This document shows positions 1-24,191 of a stretch of DNA of 64,000 nt, one piece after another. This DNA comes from the human T2T-CHM13v2.0 reference genome, Homo sapiens. A model generated the notes under the pieces. The model did no database searches. It saw nothing but the letters and a program-made list of their open reading frames with translations, and was not told where the DNA came from. A program made the translations under genes and the position numbers. Where the stretch lies: NCBI RefSeq assembly GCF_009914755.1, contig NC_060931.1; one strand, 5' to 3'. Numbering within the stretch: position 1 is the stretch's first letter; every line of letters begins with the position of its first letter.

Positions 1-529
1 TTTGTAAAAAAAACAGTTAAACATATTTTGTGAGTCTATTTCTGGGATCTCTAGTCTCTCCCTTGATTTATGTCTATCTCTCTACCAGTAGTACCACACT
101 GTCTTGAAAACTGTGACAGCACAGTAAGCTACAAGATCAGAGTGAACTATTCCTCCCAGTTCTTTCTTCTTTGTCAACATTGTTTAAGCTATTCTAGGGC
201 CTGTGTCTTTCAAGTCTTGAATAAGTTTGCCTATTTCTACAAAAGTCTTATTGGTATTTTTGTAAGAACTGCATTCAACCTACAGAATCAATTTGGGGAG
301 AAATGACAGTTTATTATACTGAGTTTTCTAATCCATGAACATGCTATGTCTATTTGTTTAGATTTTCATTTATTTTTTTATCAGCATTTTTAAAATTTTC
401 AGCATCCAGTCCTGTGTATGTTTTGTTAAATGTAAATCGAAGCATATTACTTTCGTTGGAGTGACTGTAAATGAAATTTTTAATTTTGGTTTTCACATGT
501 TCATTGTTAATATGTAGAATACAGCCGGG

Positions 530-892
<363 letters not shown>

Positions 893-1800
893 TCATTTCC
901 TTGAGATTTTCTACATAACAATCATGTCACCTGCAAAACAAGACAGCTTTATTTCTGCCTTTGCAACCTGTATGCATTTTCTTTTTCTTGACTAATTCCA
1001 GTGGCTAGAATCTACAATACTATGTAAAACAGGAGTGGTGAACACAGACATACTTGTCTTGTTCCCAATCTAATGGGAAAAGCATTTACTCTCTCATATT
1101 AGGTATGATGTTAGCTGTAAGAATTTTGTAGAGGTTAATATTCCTCTATTTCTAACTTGCTAAGAGTTTTTAATGATGAAGGGTTAGACTCTGCCAAATG
1201 CTTTTTCAGAATCAATTGATATGACTGACTGATTTTTTTCTTCTTAGCATGTTTGATATGGTGGATTGCTTTGGTTTTTAAATGTTGAACCTGCCTTGCA
1301 TACCTGGGAAAAATTCCACTTGGTTATGGCATATAATTCTTTCTATACTTGGCTGAATTCTACTTGCTCATATCTTGTTGAGGATTTCTACATCTAAATT
1401 CCTGAGAGATTAGTCTTTAGTCCTCTTTTAGTGCATTATCTTTGTCAGGTTTTATCGGGTTACTATTGGCCTCATAAAATGAGTTCAGAAATGTTCCCCA
1501 CCTCTTGTATTTTGGGGAAGATATTAAGTAAAACTGGCATTAATTCTTCATTAAATATTTGGTAGAATTCTTCAGGAAAACCATTGAAAACTAAGATTTC
1601 ACTTTGGGGAGGCTTTTAATTACAAAATCAGTTTCTTCAATGATTACAGGATTATTCCGATTATATATTTTGGTTGAGTTTTAATAAGTTATAGTTTTTG
1701 AGGAATAGATGTATTTCACCTAAGTTGCCAAATTTATCAACATAAAATTGTTTGCAGCACTCCCTTATCATCTTTTCAATGGCTGCAGGACCTGTAATAA

Positions 1801-2125
<325 letters not shown>

Positions 2126-2438
2126 TCTTTCAAGTCTTAACTAAAGATTTATCAATTTTATTGATATTTTCAAAGAACTAGCTTTTTGTTTTATAGTGAT
2201 TTTTTATTACACTATTTTCAGTTTCATTGATTTCTATTCTTCACTTCCTTCCATTTTCTTTTTTTTTTTTTACTTGGCTCTTCTTTTCTGTTTCTTGAGG
2301 TAGGAACTTAGATTGCTGATTTGAGACCTTTCCTCATTTCTAATGTAAGAATTTAATGTTGTAAATTTTCTTCTGAGAACTGCTTGAGCTGCATCCTACA
2401 GATATGTTTAATTCTCATTTTCATTAATTCTATGTTGG

Positions 2439-2738
2439 TTTTTTTTGTTTTTTTTTTTTTTTTTGAGACAAGGTCTCACTTTGTCACCCATCATAGCTCA
2501 CTGTAGCCTCAAACTCCTGGACTCAAATGATCCTCCCACCACAGCCTCCCAAGTAGCTGGGACTACAAGACACGTGTCTGAACACCTGGTGGGGGGGTGG
2601 GTATGTGTATAATTTTTTTTTGAGATGGGGTCTTGCTATATTGCCCAGGCTGGTCTCAAACTCCTGACCTCAAGTAATTGGCCCACCTCAGCCTCCCAAA
2701 GTGCTGGGATTACAGGCGTGAGCCACTGCACCCAGCCC
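2439..2738 (-). mobile_element. AluJ-like
   Basis: Antisense Alu with internal indels. Confidence 0.85.
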
Positions 2739-3258
2739 TGAATTCAGCTTGAAGAACTTTCTTTAGCCAATATTTAAGGGCATGTCTGCTAGCAACAAAT
2801 TCTTTCCATTTTCCTTCATCTGATAATGCCATTATTCATCCTTCATCCTTAAACAATATTTTGCTGCATATGAAACTCAAAGTTCGTCGTTCTTTTCTTT
2901 CAACACTTGAAATCCTATTGTGCTACTCCCTTCTTGCTTCCATGGTTTCAGATGAGAAACGTGCTGTCATTCAAATTGGTGCTACCTTATAGGTAATAGA
3001 TTGTTTCTCTCAAGGTGCTTTACATATTTTTTCCTTTTTCAGTTTTTAGATGATTAGTTATATAAAGTATTGGTATGGATTCTTTTGGTTTTATCCTGTT
3101 TGGGGTTCCCTCAAATTCATGAAGCTGTAGGTTGATGTCTTTCATCAAATTTGGGCTACTTTCAACCAATTATTTCTTCAAATACTCTTTCAGCACCACT
3201 CATGAAATTTCACTCTCCTTCTGCAACTCTGATGACATAAATATTGGATCTCTTACCA

Positions 3259-3493
3259 CAAATTAAGCATCCCTTATCCAAAATGCTTGGGACCAGTAGT
3301 GTTTCAGATTTCAAATTTTTTCAGATATTCGAATATTTGCAATATACTTACTGGTTGTGCATCTTTAATCCAAAAATCCGACATCCAAAACATTCCAATG
3401 AGTATTTCCTTTGATCATCATGTCAGTGCTCAAAACATTTTTAATTTTGAAGCATTTCTGACTTCAGATGTTTAAATTAGGGATACTCAGCCT
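3259..3493. mobile_element. Tigger4a/MER46-like DNA transposon
   Basis: gcatcccttatccaaaatgcttgggacc...tagggatactcagcct with terminal inverted repeats. Confidence 0.8.
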
Positions 3494-3495
3494 AA

Positions 3496-3871
<376 letters not shown>

Positions 3872-4939
3872 ACAGATTGGGTAAATTCTCTTGTTCTGTC
3901 CTGTTCACCAATCGTACTATTGATCTGTTAAGGTCACTGATTCTATCTTGTCATCTCCACTTGACTACTGAGCCAATCAATCAGAGATATCTTTATTTCT
4001 CTTACTGTACGTCTCAATTTTAAAATTCCCTCTTGTTTCTTTTATAACTTGTCTTTGCTGAGATTTCTTTTTCATTTGTTTCAAGACAATTTGTAACTGA
4101 TGGCTGAAGCATTTTTATGACAGCTACTTTAAAATCCTTGTCAGTTAATTCCATCATTTGATTTATCTGGTGTTGCTGTCAGTTGATTATTCTTATTCAA
4201 GGTATGATTTTCTTGTTCCTTGGTATGGCAAGAGATGTTTTCTTGTGTCCTAGACATTCTGTCTATTATGTTGGAAATTCTAGACCCTGGTTCATTCATT
4301 CTTTTATTTCAGTACATTATTTCAATTTAGCATGCAGGTCCTGGCCTACTTCTATGTGCTATGGTTCCAATGGCAGTTTAATTTTCAGAACCTTTGCAGT
4401 GTAATTTTTCTTAGACTCCCACTGGTCCCTGCTGGAGCTATCTGAGGGGGAGGGAGGGGCTCCTCCAGACTGGCCCACTGGGAGTCTCTCAGTGGAGAAG
4501 GAGAATGTCAGGCCAGCTGACTTCCAAGGCCAGGCTGCTTTTGTGGCAGCCTGTCTGGCCTATGCCCTCTGGCAGCCCCAGTATCTCTGGGTAGAGAGGG
4601 AAGTCTCAGACCCACAAGGACAAAGAGGGTCCCCCAGCTGGGCCACTTGTGGTGGTGGGGTCCCTCTTGCTAGTGCCACCCAGCCAACATTATAACTCTT
4701 GGTGGGGAAGAGAGTCTCAGGCCCAGCAGGGATCGACAGCATTTCACAGGCCAGGCCACTTGAGGGGGCTGCAGGCTGGGGAGAAGGATCGTGTCTCTCT
4801 AATTAATATACAGTGACAGAAAGCAAATCAGTGGTTTCCAGGAAGGAAAGAGAAATTTGGATTATAAACTAAGAACAAGGAAATTTTTGTATTTTGGAAA
4901 TACAAAACATTCTGTATTAAGGAAATATTATCTTAACTA

Positions 4940-5353
<414 letters not shown>

Positions 5354-5983
5354 TTATACAGCAATAAAACTGAAAACATTTTAAAATTTAAAAATAAGAC
5401 ACAGGAATCCGCTGAAAAATGTCCCACCAGCCAAAGTGTGAAAATTTGATGATCAAAACAGAAAATAACTGTAATGGATGGAGTTGATGAAAATGCATCA
5501 TTACATTCAAAAACAAGGGGAAAAAGTCACCATTTGAAGCTTCAAGTAAAACAACTCCTACTTTGAAAATTGGTAATTTAAGAGAAAACAAATCAGGCAT
5601 TTATCATGCCATATCAATATGAACTGTATTTCAGAGTAACTAAATATTCTTGGTTGATTAAAAAAAAAAAGAAAGAAGAGCTCGCCTTTACAGAATAATG
5701 CTAGCTAGTAAATGCAGAATAAATGACAGAATTAAAAATATGATTTTACAAACTCTAATTAGATATTATTTCAGGGAAGTATTAGTATTATCAACTGGTG
5801 GGATTTTTTTTTAAGACAAACATTCGCTTAATGGTTGACAGAAAACTAGATGTTATAATAATTCCATAATAAAGTTCTAAAGACATAGAAGAAAGCATAA
5901 CTGAACAAAGGAAGCAGTAGAGTATCATTACCATGTTTCAACTGTCAATATTAGCATCGCAAATGGTGGGCTGACCAGCAAAA

Positions 5984-6551
<568 letters not shown>

Positions 6552-6655
6552 CATTTGTTGGCATGCTAGCCCTACTTCAACAAGGGTTATTTCCCTCTCT
6601 TATCACATATAAACAAGCCTGTCTTGATATTCTTGTAAAAAAATAATAACAATAA

Positions 6656-7277
<622 letters not shown>

Positions 7278-7678
7278 GCCACTTTACCTCTGTTAAAGCT
7301 AAACTTACCCATTATAAGATGGTGCAAATAGCTAACTGCTTCCTGACACCTTCTAATGTAGTAATGCCAGACTATGTTTGTACAGAAATACATAATATTT
7401 AATATAAAGGACTTCCCTTTTTCTCTCATTATCTTATAGTTTGGGCAAAACACAAATTTTGTAAAATTATGTATGTGATATTATATTATCCGTAAATTTA
7501 CTTTAACAATAGTATAGAGTATGGTATAAACAAAAGGCACTGAATCTGATATTACTGAAAATCACTATATTGGAAAGAAGAAACTTGGGATATGCAAAGT
7601 ATTAAAAATAAATAAAATAAAGTGACAGGGTTTAGCACACTGCTATCAAGAGTAGATGGAATAACAGAAGTGTCATCT

Positions 7679-8215
<537 letters not shown>

Positions 8216-8721
8216 GAAGGGAAGCGTCATCTGTCAGAATATTCCTGCCCCATAGGATAAAGCCAGAGGAAAAGGAGTGAAAAACAGGAAGAAGAGTTTC
8301 TCAAATATCCACAAATAATAGCAACAGGCCTGTGGAGCAGATTGTACTAAAAAGATTCAACAGAGAAATCTGGAGAATGTTATTTTGACAATGGCAGAGG
8401 CTAAGAATCGGGTTCTTTATTAGGAAGGACCACCAAGGTAAATGAAGTATCAAGCAAAGATCAGGTGTGGATTGTGAAAACGGGCAGGGGCAGTCCAGGA
8501 GAAAAATAAAGACAAAGGGATGTTTCCTGCAAAGCCCAAGAGGGCACAATGGAAAAGGCTGGCACAGGGAGAGACAGGGCTCACACTAGAAGGAGCATGT
8601 AGAAATGGAGAGTGAAACATAGTCAGCAGAAGGGAACATAAGTATGAACCCAGGATAGAAATGTTTAAGAACAGTAATAAAGAATGTAAAAAGTCAAGCA
8701 TGGTTGGAGAAGTTGGTTTAA

Positions 8722-9217
<496 letters not shown>

Positions 9218-9284
9218 TGAGTTACTGGTAGCCTGCAGTCACTCAGCTCCTGGAGATACAGCCACAAACAGTGACAAGAGATGC

Positions 9285-11059
<1,775 letters not shown>

Positions 11060-11063
11060 TAAT

Positions 11064-11080
11064 TGGTGTCAGAAATGGGA
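11064..11080 (+). other. Primer-binding site, tRNA-Leu type
   Basis: tggtgtcagaaatggga is complementary, with one mismatch, to the tRNA-Leu(CAA) 3' end; 4 nt after the LTR. Confidence 0.7.
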
Positions 11081-11602
11081 CCTGAAAGAGAGCACTAAGA
11101 ATTGCTGATTCTTGGCACCACTGCAGTACTCACTTGAGCCCTTGAGCTCTCCACCACCATGATTCGCCTTTTCTGCCCTGGTATGTCTTCTCTCAGTCTG
11201 AGCCTCCTTCCTTTTAGTAGAGGCTTTTTTACTTTATTTGGAATGTGGTTTGGATAAGGCCACCTTAATAATGAATCACACATCCCTCTTGGGATGATAG
11301 ACTTTTTACCTTTTCTGGAAAGTATTTTCTAGTATAAAGAAAAGTGTCTTTCTGGATTAAGTACTCTTGGTTTCTACAAAATCGACATTCTGTCTGGGAG
11401 GCATGACTTCTCTGGTTTGTGTGCCTCATTTAATATCTCATTTGATCTGCATGCCTAGGTTAAAATGTTTTTGAACACTCTTATCTTGGGTTATTTTCAT
11501 TTGGTTTGACTCTTTTCCCATGCTTCTTTCGGAAAACTTTCTGAGACCAAAATAAATGTTCTGGATAATGGGCACAGAATGGCTAATTAAAAGCCACTAG
11601 GC

Positions 11603-11900
<298 letters not shown>

Positions 11901-14017
11901 AAGCTACTAGGGTGGTTGCCACCATCTGAAACAACAGTCTGAATTCCTCATGGAATTTACAGAATTTTCTTTGCTCTCGAGAGATTAATAAGAAATGGAA
12001 TAAGATTCTCAAACATTTATTTAGGCATGCCAGGTTTCCCAGGACTATAGAAGGCTATATATTATGGCCCATTCTTCTGCACATTTTTCAATTGATGGGC
12101 AAATTACAAGGAAAATTCAGAGCACTAAGGATCATTATTCAAAAAGACCTGCAACTATGGAGTTAACATGTTGAGTCTTCTAACTCACTATCTCTCTATT
12201 TGTTTTTCTGCCTATTTTAAATCTGCTGACTTTTCTATTGGTGTTGAGATGAAACTCACTGCTTATGGCATTCCAGCCAAGATATTCTTAAAAAGAGAGA
12301 GAGAAGTCTTTTAAAGGGCTTTCAAATTAATGCCTTTACGAATTACAACAGCTCCATGGTAACCAACAACTTTGACACCTTTTAGAAATATAAATTTAGG
12401 TTTGCCTAACTAGCAACTGTGTATGGTGATGAAACACTTAATTGAAAAATTAATCTCTAAAAGAAAAAGAACTAGATAGATGTTTATAATGCTAGACACT
12501 CAAGTCAAACAGGTCAAAATCTTGAGCTCAGAGCAATAATAAAAAGTATGTCTGTCCAGCATATACACACAAAAAAAATCTTGCTTTTTCCGGCACACAG
12601 AGGCAAAAAGAAAAAGCCAAAACAAAAAAACCCTGCTAAAGTTCTTCCCTGCCTATATTTGCTAATTAAGCAAACCAGACAGGCAAACAAAAGATAGATC
12701 TGTTACTAATCCAAGGCTACCTGGAGATTTTATTTTACTTATACAATTCAACCAGTCCTAGCTATTATGTAAATGTTGAAAATTTAAGCCTAAATTCATC
12801 TGAAACTACAAAAAAGTGGCAGGGGTTGGGGGATGGTATAAAAGATGTTTTAAAAATCAAAGTGCATGAAAACTGCTGTACCCAAAATTTTGGCCCATGG
12901 CCTTCATTAGATTAGCTATTGAGGCAAATAAAGTTTAGCCATATGAACAGGTTCCAGTTTTGCCAGAAATATAATTTGGATCCAACCGTCTTATAAACCA
13001 GTGAGTTTGTATTATAATCTCATGATGAAAATTCAAAAATGAAAACTATAAGATCTTTATTTGTGTGCATATTTATGTGTTTATACGTATGCACATGTAT
13101 TGTATGTTGTGTCTACATTGTATAACTTGGCATAGTTAGTTGGCAAGAAGTCCCTTAAAGAGAAAGGAGTGCTCACATAAAATATATACTAATTAACCCA
13201 AATGCCTTTCAGTTCACATGACTTATGTAAATCTTTAATCAATAAGCTGGTTTTAAAGTTATTGGTAAAATAAAAATTAAAATATCTTCAAATTTGTCAG
13301 CAGGCATCTTTGCCTAGGTTTACTGCTCAGACAGTTTATATTTGTCTCTACTAGACATTTTAAGACATCAGGGTTTCACAACAAGGTTATAAAACTATAA
13401 ACCCAGCCTACAACAGAATGATCTTCGTTTGTGTAATGTTTTGACACATAGGACTAAGTTATCACTGTTGGTTGAAAAAATAAAAACAGGTGTATATCCT
13501 GAATTATTGGACACCGGATATTCACAGGCTATAAAAATGATTAATAGAGAAATAACTTGAAATGACAACTAGCTTTGTCTAATATCTCAATTCTCATAAG
13601 AAATCTAGGTAAATTGTTAATAAATAAATTACACCAATGTAAATGGGATAAATGCTTATAAATGAATTTTTCAAGTAATTTGAAATCCTAAAGTTATGTT
13701 CAATTAAATAATAAATACTCATTAAATGTCTGGGTTATTTCCAACTAAGATTTTTAAAATTATGTTACAGGGAAAGAAACTTCTAAAAATTATAAAATGG
13801 TTCTCATCTATAAAACAGTTATAAGTGAAAAACAATTCAAGATCTTGCTTTCTAGGTTTTCACTAAAAGTAAAGGTTACGAACAGTTAAAAATTCTAATG
13901 AATATGTATAATTCTATATATAAAATGTGCCTAAAATATATAAGGTATGTTTTTAATAGGAAAAAAGTATAAGATGGGCATAAAAATGTGTTCCTTATTG
14001 AGAAAAGAATGATTTTG

Positions 14018-14190
<173 letters not shown>

Positions 14191-15210
14191 TTAAAGAATA
14201 ATTTTGTCTAACGTAGAGGTTATTTAAAGGCTATTTCAAAATATGGATATGGAAAGAAATAGAATACCGAAAGGGAGAGAGAGAGATGTGAAAAAAGTTA
14301 TGGATATGAAGATATATTTTTTAAGAAAGGTTACAAAGAAAAGAATAACTTTGTATGAGAAAGAATCTCGTATGATACATTTTTGTTCTAAACTAAAATG
14401 ACTGCTTATTTAAGTTAAGGAAGTGTAGGATAAAGCAGAAAGTCCCAGCACATCAACAATGATCTGAGAAAAGTCATGATAAGGTTCATGAAAACACAAT
14501 TCATAAAAGGAATTCTGCACGTGATTAAGTTGGCTATAATTAAAAGAGATTGTTTATATTTAGTCTTTCTAAAAACTGATCTATTATGCTAAAAATACAC
14601 TAATACAAAAATTTTAAAATTTGGTTACCTATATTAAAACAACATGGTTTACCTAAAGTATTTGCTTTTAATAAAATTGCAAGAGGTTTTGATTTTTAAT
14701 TCTGAAATCTGTTTCTTTAACACTCATCTTCTAAACTATTTCTATTTCTTCCTGAGATGTAATTAATTTTCCTACTCTCAGGTTGGAGATGTAGTGTTTT
14801 TCATTTCACTTTGTGAGGAAAAGTTCTTTCTTTTTGAAATTTCTCAAATTTATATCAGAAGTTCAACCTTTGCTGTACCTCACTGCAAATGATTTGCAGG
14901 TCACACATCATTGCCTTCTGTTCTTTCTCCTCTTAAAAAGGTATATACCTTTTTGCTTGGCTGGGGTGATAACTCTCTCCTTCAACCTTTTTGTCAACTC
15001 CTGTAACTTTTGTTTTTCCTAGTTCTAACTCTGCTGTTAGGGCCTGAAACTAACATGTTTATCTTAAAAGCCTAGAAAGCAATGTTTTCCTTCAGTATAA
15101 TTTGATTCTGTACTCTTGGCTTTTCTTGATATGTCTGAATTGTTCCCTGTAATGAGGAAACTTCCCATGCTGTTACTAAGAGTCATGTATTCCTCTACTC
15201 AAGGTACTAG

Positions 15211-15518
<308 letters not shown>

Positions 15519-15819
15519 ACAAGGTACTAGTTTTCTTTTACATTTCTCTATAATATAGTATACACTCATGACCCTCGATATACTCTTTCTGTTTCTGATT
15601 AAATTCAAGTACACTTTTAATCAGGTTTGTCTTCCAGGTTACCTAAATGGGTTTCCCATAAAGAGAGGCAATCACACCACAAAAAGTTTTCTTTGCATTT
15701 TTGGTAACTGGCCTTTAAAAAAAAAACCAAAAGATTTTATGTTTTATCAAGATAATTTCCTATGCTATCTTTATTAGATTTTTGATTACTTGGGAAAACT
15801 GAGCTTTAGAGGGTTAAGG

Positions 15820-16139
<320 letters not shown>

Positions 16140-16759
16140 AGATTAAGGTTTTTCTATCTATGTGAATTTCCATATTGCTTTTGAAGTATTTTAATTATCA
16201 CTCTGATTAAATGAGTAACTACTATTTATGAGTGACCTATGATTCTGTTTTGATCAAGTGTTTTGAACCTTTTGGCATCTCTGGCAGGTTTCCACAGAAT
16301 CAAAATCCAAAATTGTTTCTGACCTAAAATTAACTTTGGCATTGTCCAGTTAGGCCCCTGAAAAGCTTCAAAGAATGTATGTCACATCTTACAGAGATAT
16401 TAAATTATTTGTCTTACTTGGAAAATTATATGGAATGCATTGACAAATGGTAAGTGATATTAGATCTTCTTTCAGTTATTTCTGTGGGTATGTTATTGAT
16501 ATAAATATTCTAAAAAGTATATAAATTCATTAAAATATGTTATCAGTCATAATTGATTCTTTTTTAAAGTTATATTTGTATGGGGATATGTTATTAATGT
16601 GAATATTCAAAAGATTATATGAAATTTATAGAAGTCTGATGGCCCTATGATCCTGGTGTTGTTATCTTAAAATACTGCATGTAAGAAATAACTAAATTCC
16701 TTGTCAACTGGGAAATTTCATCGGATCTTAACCATGGCTTTCCTAAGTTGTTGTTGTGA

Positions 16760-17188
<429 letters not shown>

Positions 17189-18035
17189 TAAATGACAACT
17201 TCCAGAACTCTAATATATTAAAAAAACTGATTGGTGCATAAAACTGTTAATGGCCAACCTCACAGTACAACGGTACTGCGTCTGACTCCATAAAACTGCT
17301 AATCAAGATCAAGCAAAACTAAAATTTAATGACTTCAAATTAAGTAATTGATGATGATGATGTGTTTGTGACTTTTCATTTTTGGTTCTTTACTTAAATA
17401 TTTTGTCTTACAGATTTAAGACATTTTTCTCACATAAGCTATCTATAGTATACAACAATTTGGTAAAGTATACTTTTGTGAACAAAGATGGAACCATTTG
17501 CTTTTCCTTCCTATTGGATTCCTCCCAAAATTCACAAACGTTACTATTCTTATTTTTATTTATATAAATTCAATAAAAATCTGCTCTCAAGTAGGATACA
17601 ATTGGAAATATAAACATCGGTTATATACCACCAAGGCTTTGGCTGAAATGTCTTATTTGAAAATGTGCATTGAATGCCTGGCTTCCAGAGTTCCCAGACT
17701 TCCAGTGAGTCAGTAAAAATGGTCACTTCCTGGAAGGCTCACGATCCTTAAGATTGTACGTGAGATCTAAAATCTGCCCTGGTTTGGCTTCCTAGCTCAG
17801 GAGGTTTTTAAATCTGAGATTCCTGTGTGATCAATGTGGGAAGAAAAAGTTATGTCTCTATAGAAAAACTATAATATACCTATTCTTATTACAGATTGTA
17901 GCCCCATGCACTGTTTTAAAGTTCTTGTTATCTACGTGTAGACTGGACTAGATTCTGAATTCTTCTAATTTCCTCCAATACTTGGTCACAGTTCTCCAGC
18001 TGGCTTAAAAAGCTTTATTAGCTGAAACTAGATAA

Positions 18036-18335
<300 letters not shown>

Positions 18336-18893
18336 TAAATTTTAAGAAACAAGCCTCATGTCTGATTTATGAACCACAAAAAAGGTTCACCCAACTGCCC
18401 AATGTCATGACCAAAGATATTCAAACTACAAACCGGAAGAAAAAGTTGCTATTTTCACACTGTAAACAACTTTCTCCAAGAGGTTGGAATAAGACTTCAT
18501 ATCATAATGAGACTTTTACTCCTCTTAATGCTACTTTTCTCACTTGGCAGACTTGTAATTGAAATTTTACAATCAATAGCCTCTGCTGGTAACTTAACAA
18601 AACCTAACTTAAGAAATACTTTTGTATCGATTCATTAAATAAGAAAATGTCTGCGTTATTTATAATATTACAAGCTGTACACCTGGATAAATTCCTCTGG
18701 GAAAGCTGAAACCCATATACACAAAACAAAACAGCTCATAACGTTACAGCAGGTCTTACCTAATTCCCTGTGGTGATTTAACTTATTCAATTGGTTTTCT
18801 TTAAGCCTAGATTCACGACTCAAAGCCATTATGCAAACTGACATTGTCATATTAAGTTTACCTTTTATTTTCCCTTTTTAAACTTTGAATCTG

Positions 18894-19511
<618 letters not shown>

Positions 19512-19569
19512 CTACAGGATAAATGATCAGTCATGCTTTCTGAAAAAGATCTTGATCAAAAGGAAGAAA

Positions 19570-20383
<814 letters not shown>

Positions 20384-20528
20384 AAAGTCTTCAACAAATG
20401 GTGCCAAAACAACTGGATATCCATATTGGCAGAGGTGGGATAAATCTTAACCTTTACCTCACACCATTCATAAAAATTAATTCAAGACGAATCACAGGCC
20501 CAAACATAAAAGTTAAAACTACATATGG

Positions 20529-20815
20529 GGCCAGGCACAGTGGCTCATGCCTATAATCCCAGCACTTTCAGAGGCCAAGGCAGGCAGATCACTTGAGTCC
20601 AAGAGTTCAAAACCAGCATGGGCAACATGATGAAACCCTGTCTCTACAAAAAATACAAAAAAAACTTTTGCCAGGCATGGTGGCACACTACTTGGGAGGC
20701 TGAGGAGAGAGGATCGCTTCAGCCCAGGAGGTGAGAGGCTGCAGTGAGCCGAAATTGCACCACTACACTATAGCCTGGATGACAGGGCAAGACCCTACCT
20801 CAAAAAAAAAAAAAA
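20529..20815 (+). mobile_element. AluJ-like at the 5' end of the TMEM68 retrocopy
   Basis: Alu dimer with an internal deletion. Confidence 0.9.
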
Positions 20816-20829
20816 TTTTAAAAAATGGC

Positions 20830-21997
<1,168 letters not shown>

Positions 21998-22312
21998 TTA
22001 AAACTACATACAAAGCTTCCAGAAGAAAATCTAGAATATCTTTGTGACCTTGTGGTTGGCAGAATTCCTGTCCTGCACCACAGAAATACAAAAAACACTA
22101 ACCATAAAAGAAAAATATGATATAGTGAACTGTATCCAAATTAAAATTTTCAAAAGATACCTTTATGGAAATAGAAAAGCCACAGTCTAGAGAAATATTC
22201 ACAGTGCACATTCAACAAAAGATTCACATCCACAACATATAAAGAACTTCTAGAAATCAATAATATAGAGTCAAACAACTGAGTCTGAACAAAGATGTGA
22301 ACAGACATTTCA

Positions 22313-22658
<346 letters not shown>

Positions 22659-22711
22659 TGTTCCCAATCATCAACCATCACCAGCAAAATGTAAATTAAA
22701 ACCACAATGAG

Positions 22712-23041
<330 letters not shown>

Positions 23042-23517
23042 TCACAACCATTTCACAACCATAAAAATGCCTAAAAGACAATACCACATGATGGTGAGAA
23101 TGTGTAACAAATGAAACTTTCATAAATTGCTGAGCAAGTATAAAGTAGTACAACCACACTGACAACAGTTAGGGAGTTTCTTCTAAAGTTAAATATATAC
23201 CTACTCTATGACTTAACAATTGCACTTCTAGGCATTTACCCAAGGAAAACTGAAATGTACATTCACAAAGTCTTGTGAAGAATGCACATAGTACTTTTTT
23301 TCATAATAGCCAAAAATTAAAAGCAGACCAAATGTCTATTTACAGCTCTTTAAAAACTGGTATATTCATACAATGGCATACTACTGAGCAATAAAAGTGA
23401 ATGAACTACTGATGCATGTTACATGATATGACACGGATGCATCTCAAAAATATGTTGAGTTTAAGAAGCCAGTTGCAAAAGACTGCACATTACATGATTC
23501 CACTCATATGAATTTCC

Positions 23518-23819
23518 TTTTTTTTTTTTTTTTTTTTGAGATGGAGTCTCACTCTTATCACCCAGGCTGGAGTGCAGTGGCACGATCTGGGCTCACTGAA
23601 ACCTCTGCCTCCTGGGTTCAAGTGATTCTCCTGCCTCAGCCTCTCGAATAGCTGGGATTACAGACGCCCACCACCACACCTGGCTAATTTTGATATTTTT
23701 AGTAGAAACGGGTTTTCACCATTTTGGCCAGGCTGGTCTCGAACTCCCGACCTCAAATGATCCGCCCACCTGGCCTCCCAAAGTGCTAGGATTACAGGCG
23801 TGAGCCACTGCATCTAGCC
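23518..23819 (-). mobile_element. AluS
   Basis: Antisense Alu. Confidence 0.9.
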
Positions 23820-24147
23820 ACTCATATAAAATTCTAAAAAGGCAAAACTAAGTAACAGTAATAGCAATTAGAACAAGAATTCCCTAGGGAAAAGGAGTTA
23901 TTGACTAGAAATGGGCACAATAAATTCATTGGGGTGGGGATAATAACTTATATCTTAATTGGAGTTGGTGAATATAGGTTCTACATCTATCATAATTTGC
24001 TGAACTCATTTTAAAGAATCATTTAAAAATCTGTGCATATTAAATGTAAATTATACCTCTAAATAGTAAATTTATTGACAGTGTATAATAATAGCTATTT
24101 AAAAGTTGCATGTAATAGACATACTGAATAAAAACAAACAAAAAAAA

Positions 24148-24191
24148 CCTGCAAAGCTTCACCCCTGAGTGGCTCCCAATCAACTGATAAC
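24148..24191 (-). pseudogene. TYW1B: Damaged TYW1-family exon (G)YQLIGSHSGVKLCR, lacking the expected WTK codons; probably skipped
   Basis: Good acceptor ctgcttttccactcag|GTTATC, in phase with the preceding exon. Homology stops at TGCAGGT, followed by TTTTTTTGTTTG, a very weak donor. Confidence 0.75.

Noticed and set aside
24126-24147. AATAAA plus an A-rich run abutting the damaged exon, read as the tail of an inserted retroelement
   Set aside because: No TSD and no displaced exon 3' half were found; a small deletion is simpler, though not proven.
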